A stretch of DNA of 64,000 bases from Eutreptiella sp. 'Long Island Sound 2002' (lineage: Eukaryota; Protista; Euglenida): contig OZ038379.1 in NCBI GenBank assembly GCA_964036045.1, forward strand, positions 77,748,001-77,812,000. The letters are read 5' to 3'. Made by a program: the position numbers and the translations under genes. Position 1 is the first letter of the stretch, and each line of letters begins with the position of its first letter. Positions 25,508 through 35,759 of the stretch are shown here, one piece after another. The notes under the pieces are model-generated. The model was not told the DNA's origin, searched no databases, and saw only the letters and a program-made list of their open reading frames with translations.

Positions 25508-26275
25508 GGTGAAAAACACGTAAATACGGCCTAAAACATGCTTTGCATAGTTTCAAATGTCATTTTGGGTGGTCACAATATCAAAAAAACAAGTTTCGAA
25601 AACTTCGATTGTTGAGCTGCCTGGGGTGAAAAACTGCATAAGCAGGTTGTGTACTGGCCCATTCACTCAGCCATTATTGGTGGAAACAGTCATTTCGCGT
25701 CTTTGGCAGGGGTTGTGGACGGCCCCAGGCAAGGCTAGAGACTGCAAAAAACGTCCTTCCGTATCCTAGTAGGCATATACTGTCACAACATCCCCACTTG
25801 CACCCCTCAAAGTGGATACCACAGGGTCACCGAGGTCGACGAACATAGCAAAGAAGGCTGAAAAGTGCATAAACTGCATAAGCGCTCGTCCCACTCCGCC
25901 CCATACAAACCCCATAGAGTCAGGAACCGGAAAAACTTTTTCGGCTCAAAATCAAAAATGACCAAAAGATTCATGATTTTCGACCCAAAAAAAGGGGGGG
26001 TCATTTTTTGACCCCCCCCCACCCCCCCCCCTCCCTCAAAACCTGAAAAAAGTGGGTTTCAAGTGGGGGGGGTCTGGGGGGGTCCGGACCAAAAACTCAT
26101 TGGGGGATGCGTTTATTGGACAAAATAATGATTTTACAAGGGGTTAAACTAACAATTCAACCCCTTGGGGTAGGGTACGCGGATAGCCCCAGAATGGCCA
26201 AAATGGGGGGGTATGTGGCGTTTTCCCCTATATACGCCTGCCTGGCTTTGATCTAACAACCTGTGCGAGGTGATT
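25508..26275 (-). mobile_element. Fourth inner-type copy whose other end lies in the N gap
   Basis: Same core and terminus (GATCTAACAACCTGTGCGAGGTGATT, ending at 26275). Confidence 0.7.
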
Positions 26276-26747
26276 TTTGGAAATCTTGCAGGTGTCACTA
26301 AACAGCCTTATGCAGTGTGAAAACGGCTAAGTCCTCACTAGCAAGGGCCCATAGGGGGGGGCGACCGGGGGTACCTGGAGTTCGGACCCGGGACCCCCGC
26401 CATGGGTTAGGGGGTCCATGTACAAGAAAAAAGTTGCCCGGGACTTGGGCCCAAATCTACACACAGCACCCAGAATACGCAAAGAAGTTTTGACCCCCCC
26501 CCCCCCCCCCCGACACCCCCCCACCCCCCCCCAGCCCCCCAAAAAGGGGTACCCAGGTACGGGGGGCTAAAGGGGTCAAAAACGAAAAATTCATTGGGGG
26601 ATCATTTTCTCTCCTAAAATGATGATTTTACAAGGGGTTGGACATCCGGTACCATACCTTGGGGTATTGTACGCGAATGACCCCAAAAAAGGGGGGTATA
26701 TGGCGTACACACCTGCGCTTGATCTAACAACCCTCTTCGAGGTGATT

Positions 26748-27240
26748 TGAATTGGAGGTAAGCATTCCAAACAACATACGTTGCCCTTGGGTTGCTGGCG
26801 GTGGTGCCAATGAACTCCGCTTCCAAGCTTGCCTGCCAACCTCCTCCTATCTGCCAGCCCATAGCCATGAAACCTTTGCATAAAAAGCAGCAAGGGCCAC
26901 GGGTCCCCCCTGCGGATGCTCTGTGTCCTTTGGTAGGTGGTGGCCTTTGCTGAAGGTGAGGATTTGTTGGACTATCTTAGGCACAGCAATGTCGTGTTGT
27001 GTATAACGGGGATGTTCCTCTGCCCAAAAATCAATGTGTGTTGTTCCAAACCGGCGCATGAAAACAGTGCGTTCAAGGGGCCCACATTTTTCTAGGGTCA
27101 ACAGGTTAGGTGTTGCAAATTTGGGGAACCTTTCCTTCTGTTGATTCAAAAAAAAAAATGGTTTCCCGGCGATGCAATTCACCAATCTTCTTCTGGATGT
27201 GGTCCATGTACTGCAAAACCAGTGTGGCATGTTGGGTACC
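26748..27240 (-). pseudogene. Probable N-terminal part of the same transposase gene, displaced by the Helitron2-like nest
   Basis: Joining 20274 to 26748 gives an uninterrupted Ser-rich frame (MLFGMLTSNSN-CSSSSSSD) that is in phase with ORF 26847-27278 across one TAG. Confidence 0.55.
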
Positions 27241-27329
27241 ATTGCCGGGGGGGGGGGGGGGATCTTCGACCTCTGCAAGCAATGAGAAGCGCCAGCCTTG
27301 AACGCCCCCTTGGCCTGCTTTACCTTTGT

Positions 27330-27785
27330 GTCCCGGTTTCCTCAATAGCACCACAAGGTTGGGGCCCAAAAGAGGGCGGCAATGCCATGTCACCCCTGCA
27401 ATCTTGTGGATCCCCAAATAAAGGGGGACAAAATTAGAGCTGCCTACCAAAAGCATAACGAAGATTGTCCCGGTTACCTCAATAGCACCGGAAGGTTGGG
27501 GCCCAAAAGAGGGCAGAAATGCTATGTCACCCCTGCATTCTCAAGGGTCCCCAAACAAAGGGGGACAAAATCACAATTGGCTGCCTCACCCCTGCCTTCT
27601 CGGGGGCCCAAAAGAGGGCGAAAATGCTATGTCACCCCTGCATTCTCGGGATTCCCCAAACAAAGGGGGACAAAACCAGAATTGGCTGTCTCACCCCTGC
27701 CTTCTCGGGGGCCCAAAAGAGGACGGAAATGCTATGTCACCCCTACATTCTCGGGGGTCCCCAACAAAGGGGACAAAATCAGATC
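27330..27785. repeat. Minisatellite, about four units of ~105-135 bp
   Basis: GGGCCCAAAAGAGG.C...ATGTCACCCCT.CA...AAAGGGG.ACAAAA at about 27362, 27499, 27604 and 27709. Confidence 0.9.
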
Positions 27786-28199
27786 TCAAAACCTACGCTA
27801 GGGGTAACAATGATGCCCCTAGTATCTCAAAGTAGGGGTCTATAGTACGGGCGGATGCCCAAATAGTTGCACTGCGCCAAGGGCGCCCCCTTAGGGCACC
27901 CCCTAAAAGGTCACCAGTGGGACACGGGTCAAAAAGGATGCCCGGTGCGCGCCTAGAGCGCCAATGCTCCCCCCTAACTTCACATTGAAAAGGACCCACC
28001 ATGAAGATTTTGGCAAACTACTTGGCAATCTAAGGATGCTTGTGGGGCCACTAAAAGGGGTGCCTTCACCCTTTACCTTCACCCTTTACCTTACAAAGGG
28101 TTACAAAATCTTACTTGTTCCACTGCCTCAATGAGAACCCTAAAAAAAAAACACTATGCCTCCTTGTCTCCTTACACGAAGCTTGGCGAAATTGTTGTG

Positions 28200-29560
28200 C
28201 CTCTCAATGCATTTGCAAAGAAAATTAATTTGGGGGCATGCACCTTGTGATGTTGCATGTAGTTAGCTTGTCCTGCCCTGATTGAGGTGCGGACAAAGTG
28301 TGTGTCCAGAGCTCCATGGGAGCTTACATCGGGAACACGCCCCTATATTGTGTGTTGTGTCGTGCAGCTCTTGCATTTGTGAGGGTGCAGGGGAAGAGGC
28401 CTTGGTATACCTCTTGCACACCACCGTATATCGGGCCCGTAGGACACTACCGTCCTGCATTGAACAAAAATCACTTTCGATGGTTCTCGCGATGTTGGTT
28501 GTGTACCTTGAAGAGGGCATCAACCCACACGTGAGTGCCCTGAGCAATGCCCAATGGACGTGGTGCTCTTCTATCTCATTGGTTGTTGAACAAAGGATTT
28601 GCACACAAACATTTCACATCTAACTTTTGTGCATGCGGTGGTGTGACCCAATGGGATTCATGGATTCAAACTATGTAGCTAGCTTCGTGACGTGCTTCAA
28701 TTTGCACGAGGTTCTACAGCACAACACAGTGCACAATAAGGGACGATGTTGCATCAACACTGCAAACTGCTTGCGGCACACGGCCTGTGGACTCTTAGGC
28801 TTTGCCTCTTGTTTGGAGAGCTAACTGGTGGTTTGCAAAGGGGTATCTTTGCCCAGGTCTTCCCATTAGCATCAACCCGTGATTAGCATCAAAGCGCATT
28901 TTTGCGCTATTTGCAAGGGATGTCCAAAAGGGGCGTGATGTCTCAAGCAAACCTCCCATATGGCTTGTGGTGTGATCACCGATGGTTCCGGGAGCCAGCA
29001 AACAGGACTGCACCGAGGCATGCACAAGGGCACACTTGGAGCTCTGCCATCGATATATAAACAAATTGTCTGCTACTTCAAAATGCTGGAATAGCAAAGG
29101 CAACATAACAGCTGCAGCCTCCGTTGTGCCCCTTTTCTTTCCAGAACCAAAAGCATTAGGAGGCACCCATTGCAACGTAATGTATTCTACCAACTGTACC
29201 CCCGTCCAGACTCTGTAAAGCTGCCACAGAACTGAAAGGGCCGCTGCTGCACTGGCATGCATAGGGTACAGCGCAGAGTGCACGGTTTGCAGATCCTAGC
29301 TTGTTACCAATACTCGGTCCTGGTCAGGGGTCGGTGGCAGGCTTGTATGCACATTCCCTGGCTGCAGACAAATGGCTGCATACCCTTGCAATATCTGGGT
29401 ACTTGAAGTGGCAAGGAAACAACTGGCTATATGATCCAGTCCCCAAGGTGGGGAAGAGACAAATGGCCACCTTTTTCGCAATACAGGTCCCTGTCATTTT
29501 CTCAACATCCCCCCCCCTTTTTTTTGGGGGGGGGGGGGCTCTAACTGATCGATCCTTCAC
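28200..29560 (-). pseudogene. Heavily eroded Cys-rich coding-like remnant, possibly from a transposon
   Basis: Fragments such as KKVAICLFPTLG..., ACQCSSG..., GGCSCYVDLCYSSI between frequent stops; family not established. Confidence 0.2.
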
Positions 29561-30839
29561 CCGGTTGCAAAACTGCAGCGGTGCTGCTGCTGTAGCACTC
29601 TGGCTCTTGTCACCAGAACCACTTCCCAGGGTGTGCCCTCAGTGCTGCACAACCCCCCTGCCCCTCAGTTTCAGAGATTGACTTTGCAATTGCAGAAACA
29701 GCTCAGAGGGGCAGAAGGCGGAAATTTACTTTGCATGGCAATTAACTTACTTTTCACCACTGCTGCTGAACAATAAACTGCCAACTGCGGCCCCACAAGC
29801 ATTTGAACTGTGGCCTGACTCCAAACGCTGCCCTGCTGACGTCAGGTATCACAGCATATCACAGGGTTCTGAGGTGTTGCTGGGCAGGCCAAAACTTGTG
29901 TGCCATACCTCCTCCGGTGTGGGATTGAGATTGCCAAAAATGGGAACAGGTCCTCCCAAGTTTATCTCCAGGCTCCGCAGATCTGTCTTGTTGGCCCCCT
30001 GATTTTTGTGCTGCTTGGATTTGCCCTTCCCGGACTCAGGCTGCTGCATAGACTTGGGGAAGTTCTGGGACTTGCCACCTCCACCAGAGGGTTGTGGAGT
30101 GTGTTGGTGCTCCTTCCCAGGGGCTTGATAAAGGCCACCAGCGCCTTGGGGCTTGCCAAGATTGCCAGGATCTGGGAACGGCTTCGTGGGATGAGGAATC
30201 CCTGCACCACGCCCAATGGCTTGGAAGAAATTGGCATCCTTACTTGAGACACCTGCATTGAAGAAGGGGAAACGGCAACGGAAACAGCAGAGACTGCACT
30301 GGCAAAGGGTGGCACACGAGCCTCCTTCTGGCTCTCTACTAGGCTGTGGCTGTGTGTGTCTGTGTGTGTGTGTGGCTGTGAGGGGCGATTTGTGGCTCTG
30401 TGTGTGGCCATGTGTGCTTCTGGATGGCTATATATGTGTTCTGGTCTACTGATGAGGGTGGGCATCCTGGACGCTCTTGCGAAAGGATGGTCAGGGGGGA
30501 CAGTGTGTTAGGGCTGGCTGGCACCGGCTCCAACCCTCCCCTGCCCACCCTGTGCATTGCAGCACAACAGAAGGATTGGGGCACACTGCTCTTCGGCGTA
30601 GGGGTGGTTGTGGCTCGTCTCCGGGGATGGAAGTTGACTTGCAGCACCACGGGGCAGCTCTAGCTGCCAGCACAGGGCAGAGTCTATGACTGGGATTGCC
30701 CTTGCTAGCTAGTTGCTTGGTGAAATTGGCGTCAGCCCATGTCATGACTGTAATCCAGATCAAGACGCCTGGGTACTAATTTTATCAAAGACTCCCCACT
30801 TGGTGGCACAAATGACAGCCCTTTGTTAGTTGGTCAGCA

Positions 30840-31241
30840 TTGGTCTTGGTTTTCTGGGCCCTCAATCTTGCCAGTTTCACACTGGACTTGAGCAGCCTTG
30901 TCGCACAGCCTGATTGCCTTTATATCTGTCCTTGGGACAAATGGTTACCAGCTATGCAGCGCGGTGAACCAGTTTCTGTTGGTAAAGGAGAGGATTCTGA
31001 TCCAGATGAGGACACCGAAAATGGTGACGAGAAGGAACCTGCTCCTGCCCGCAAGGCTAAGTATGCGGAAAATCCAAAGGGAGGTAAACATACAAAGAAA
31101 ACACCACAGAAGCTGAAGGCAAAGCGTGGTTGTGAGTCACATGAAGGCAGTAGTGATGATGATATTCCGGGGAAGCCTTTAGAGTCACCAAAGAACATTA
31201 AAGCTGCCAACCCCAACCCACTTGCTATGTTCATGGGATGA
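30840..31241 (+). pseudogene. Isolated coding-like fragment with an acidic/Lys-rich low-complexity C-terminus
   Basis: EDSDPDEDTENGDEKEPAPARKAKYAENPKGGKHTKKTPQK..., stop at 31241; no clean start or upstream frame. Confidence 0.3.
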
Positions 31242-32086
31242 GTGAAGAACGCAACTGGTGCCCTTCCCCCAAAAGGAAAGAAGTGATTTGTGTTCTTTCC
31301 CCTGCTTCGTACGCTTTGCCTACTGTTTTGCACATTTCAAACGACTAGTGCTGCCATGTTGTGCTCTGCATGATCTTCTGCTGCCCATTTGTGCTACACT
31401 TTCCCATTTCGTTACATGTAATTTTACCTGTATCCATGGTCGGTTTTCTTATCAAAAGCGTGCCAAAGATCGCTCGAAAACCCCACTTTACAGTACCTGT
31501 ACACTGGTACCTGTACCACCTAAATACCACCTACCGTTGAAAACCCCCCCCCCATTAACTTTGTGTGTTTTGTTGAAAATCAAGTCCAAATTTGTGTCTA
31601 CCTAGTAGCCTAGTCAATTTTTTTTCAAAATTCTTGTTTTTTTACCTAGTAAAAAATTGTTTTAACAAATTTTGTTAAAAATTTTTTTTTCTAGGTTTTA
31701 CTACATTTTACTAGGTTTTACTGCAACGCGCACTAGGTTTTACCAAATGCCCTTGTTCTACACTCACTATCCCTTCGCCATTCACCGCCCAGCCGGTGTA
31801 CCGTCCTGCCCTCACATCTCATGGCAGCACAACGCAAAGCACAATGGGCAGCATGGACCAATTGTGTGCATTGCAAGCATGCCAAGAAGGAATGTGTGTG
31901 CCGATTTGGCGACATCCTTTCTTAGCCTTCACCCTTGGCTGCCTGTTATAGCATGCACTGTATGTGTTGCAATGGTTGTACCTTCCATGCTTGCTTCACT
32001 GACAGGTTTTAGAATAACGTTCTTCATTGCCTGATGTATGTGAATGTAAATTTATGATGCAACGGGGTATTTCTTTCTCCCTCTAG

Positions 32087-33096
32087 GAACCTGTGACGCA
32101 GGATGTGGATACATGGGGGTCAAGCAGCAGTGCAAGATGTGTGAAAAGAGTGGGGCCCGTATGTGTTACACCGATAACTGGTTTTGCGTAACAAAAGGAA
32201 ACAATTGGCTACACTAGAAATGATTGTTCAACTTTCCCAATGATGTGTTCTCGTTGTTTCCCCCGGCTTTTCTATATGTGTGCATCCATTAAACAATTCT
32301 GAAATTTGCAAATAAGGTGTTGCAGAAGGGGAGGGGTTCATGGAGACTTTTTTGCCATGCGTTTGTAGCACGCTTTTCCGGTGGGGGCACTTTGCGAAAG
32401 AAGCCGTCGAAGACAACTTTGGTTTGGGTCTCCAATCAGTGTATCTGCCGAACAAGGCCATTACTAGGCGTGTCGCATCCTCTCTTGCCTCTCTAGTCCA
32501 TCCAATATATAGGTAGTGTGTGGTCGGCCGATGTGGGTGCGCCATGGTTACACTCCAAATACTTGTCCAATCATGGCATGGTACTATGTTCCGAGGCAAC
32601 ACTATCTACCGTATTTTTGTCACGGGTTGGAAACGTACCATGATTCTATACCAATCCATGGGCCTTCATCCCTCAAAGAACGTCACTATATCCTCCCCGG
32701 AGGAAATTTCACTGCTCTAAACAAGTTTTGCTTGCGGCTCCGCAAAAAAGGGATCGAACGATATGGTGGATGAACGAATCGAACACACAATCCTTGTAAT
32801 CCTCAAACAACAATATCAGCAAGAAAAGGGAGACGTAATTGAAGGAGTGCACGAGATCATTATTGACATTCACAGAGCAGCAGATGGAGTTAGGTAGACT
32901 ATCAGCTACCACGCTGGGTTATCTATCATGCCCTCCGAGGTCCCCGACACCCCATTTCCATGTGAAAAAGATGGTGCAGGGGAAGCAGTGCCCTAGAGAG
33001 GTTGGTATATCTCACCTGCCCCACACCCGCTGCCTAGTGCAAGTTTGTGGCGCAACGCAAGAGGTACACCATAAACGATACCTCCCACGGCCATGA
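32087..33096 (+). pseudogene. Eroded Cys-rich exon-like remnant
   Basis: Pyrimidine tract plus AG at 32071-32086, then TCDAGCGYMGVKQQCKMCEK...LFNFPNDVFSL...WRLFCHAFVARF with stops. Confidence 0.25.
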
Positions 33097-35759
33097 CATG
33101 ACAATGGCTGCCCCATGAGTGGGACTAGCGGCGGCCGCTAGCACCCTTTGGCCGTGTGCACCATTTGAAACCGAAATCTAGACACCTAGGGGCGACCCCG
33201 GACAAATATCGTGGCCAAAACTTAGGCAATCTGCCCTAGGGCGGTCTTGGATGGCGGTCCTTCAAAAAAAAATTGGTTCCTTAAGGACTGCCCTGGGCAT
33301 AGCTCATTATGTCCCAAACCTGCAGACAGGCTGACCAGGAGGGTAGTTATGGAGGAGTACATGGCGGCCTCTCCCCCACCATCCTCGGCCAGACCAAGGC
33401 CTGCCCATGCATGAGGAGAAGGGGCATCGTAGAGGGGCGGCGTCCGGGGACGATATTGCATGCACGGAGGTCATGTACAGGCGGCACTAGTAGCATGGGG
33501 GGTATGGGGATGGGATGGGGCTCCCCACGCTCTTGCGACCCCCATTTGGGGGGCACATGGTGGACCAAGGGAAAGGGGGCAGCCAATTGGCGCCCCATAC
33601 CGCACTTGTGCAAGGAGCACAGGGCGCCCGCATGCAAGTCATGCGCCAAGCTTAAGGGGGGTTAGGGGCTAAAGCAGTGTTGCTCTTAACACCATTAGGT
33701 GCACCCAGCCAAGGCTATGCCATGGCCGGGAGGGGGATTAGGCGCAGGCCTAGCAGCCTGCGGCAGTGCACACTACTTGGAGCGGGATAGGTGAGACTCA
33801 AAGGAAGGGGGAGGGGAGAGGAGCCATTGGGATTCATCAGGGCTAGGGGCAGCGCTGGCAGCCAAGGGTGAGGGAAGGGGTCCTTGACAAGAACACGGCT
33901 GAGCCTCCACAAATGAGACAGGAGGAAGGCGGCCAATTCCCTCTTACTCACTGCGCTTCAAGGGGGCGGGGCTGGGGGCATGGGTACTGAGGGGGCAGGG
34001 TAACCCTCTCCCGTAACTCTTCTAACTCCATCTCGCGCAATAGCGTCATGGACCATAAAAGTCGTCTACCCTCATCAATACACCACGTCCACGATTGTCA
34101 TAGACGCCTACCCTTGTCAATACACCTGGTCCCTTCCTCTAAGGACCGCCCACGCGCATGATGTGACATAGTTCGGAATCTTCTGACCCAAGGCTTCAGG
34201 GATACCCATGGTAGCTTGATTGAGCCTAAATGTACAATTTAGAAGTAGAGGCGACATCATATAAATCCTTCAATGTCCACTGCCATCCATCACAAGCATC
34301 ATTGTTCCGACATTCCGAAACCAAATTGTTCACCACTTAGGGACTCCAAAGATACAAATAGCAGCATTTTGTTTCAACCGGCGAACTATCAAAGGATGCA
34401 GGGCCACGCCCTCCTCTTCCAACTAAATGAACATTTGTAGCATGTCACAAAGAGGACTAGAAATTTTCTTTTGATGAATTCAGTGTCAATACTTGTCAAT
34501 ACTATCACATGGAGTTTTACGATGCCCAGCGATCTTTGGCACGCTTTATTTATAAATCTCAATATTTGAATAGCTAATGAACAATTTCGGAATGGTGGGA
34601 CATAGGCTGCATACCACAACATAGGGTTGCTGGGCAAGTTCCTTGGGAACAAACTTCACAGAGAATGAGGCTATCATGTACTTTGGTCCGAGACATGGGG
34701 GGGGGGGGGGCGACCCCTCGGTTTTGGACAACAACTGCCACCCCCCCCCCCCCCCAAACTAACTATTGGCTGGAGGCCCCTTGGAGGGGGGGGCGAGGGG
34801 CTTGGAGGGGGTGGTTCTGGGAGGGGCACCGGGGGGGCCGCTAGGGAAGGCGGTTCCCCGGGGGGGGGGGGGGTCGGGCACCTCCGAACAGTTGGGTATG
34901 CAGCCCGGGTGCGATCCGACAGTTTGCACCGCCCCTTCCCACAATAGAGGGTAGGGTATCATCGGCTTGGGTTTTTCCAGACACACTGGGAACCTCAGGG
35001 GGGTGGGCTCCCGAGGCGGTCATGGGATTAGAGTTACACCATGTCATCGCCCCCGTCACTCTGCGGTGAATGCTTTCCCGGTTGCCTACTCCGATCGCTC
35101 TGCGGCGACTGCATTTGTGTTGGTTTAGGTTTGGGCACACACGGGTTTGGATTTGGGCACGGTGGTGGCCAAATGACTTTTTGCAAAGGGACCGCCCCTT
35201 GACGCGCTTACCTAAGAAAAAGTGGAAACTGGTGGTCACACGGCTCCACGCTTCTCCCACACTCATTGCGGAGTGGGGCACCGCTAGCGTAGCAAGGCTA
35301 GCGGCTCCGCCTGGAGAGTAGATGGATCGGACAATGGTCAATGTGGGTCGCGGCGGCCTGCGCCAAGGGCCCCTTGTCCGGGGGCTGACAATTGCATTTA
35401 ACGAGTGTTCACCGCTACTGGGGAGAAATCAATGGCTCCCAATGCTCAGCACGGGGACAAAATCAGAAATGGCTCACACGCAGGTGCGCTAACATTCCCC
35501 CATTGGGCAACTTTGGCACCGGGTTCATACCTTTGACAACTCAATGGTGGCCGGAGGCCCCTTGGGGACGGGGGGGGGGGGGATAGTTGGCGTCCTAGGA
35601 CCCACGGAGTGCCCCCCCCCCCCCCCCGTGGTCCCAAAGCATATGCAGCATGAGAATTAGGCTCCACACCATTGTAAAGGAGTGTGGTCACCAGATGCAC
35701 AAGAGCACAGTGACAGTCACTTGCAAGAGTTCTTGTGCCACAATGGTATTCGTATTTGG

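Larger units (their letters stand above)
20320..25640. repeat. ~180-bp tandem repeats internal to the Helitron2-like elements (about 3-6 per copy)
   Basis: Recurring unit TTTTGAGCTGTCCGGGGTGAAAAACTGC...CCCTTGGGAG(C)n...CCTAAAACATGCTTTACATAC...AAGTTTCGAAAACTTCGA. Confidence 0.95.
20275..26747 (-). mobile_element. Outer Helitron2/Helentron-like non-autonomous element carrying nested younger copies
   Basis: Perfect 14-bp asymmetric inverted repeat: CACCTCGAAGAGGG (20293-20306, 18 nt inside the end, behind a TTGCC-TTC-GGCAA hairpin) and CCCTCTTCGAGGTG (26731-26744, 3 nt from the end). Both junctions are at ATT. Confidence 0.7.

Noticed and set aside
20320-25640. CRISPR-like or other spacer-containing array
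   Set aside because: Units are full-length tandem repeats with no unique spacers and no cas genes, in a eukaryotic context.
30560-30700. Tyrosine recombinase HxxR-like GHTALRRRGG
   Set aside because: The spacing is off and no upstream Arg box or downstream catalytic Tyr is in frame.
20275-33100. Fanzor/TnpB or Rep-helicase associated with the Helitron2-like ends
   Set aside because: I looked for RuvC-like and HUH/helicase motifs and saw none; these copies are non-coding.
33100-35700. Possible genes among the short ORFs
   Set aside because: No recognisable domain, consistent frame or splice pattern; left unannotated.
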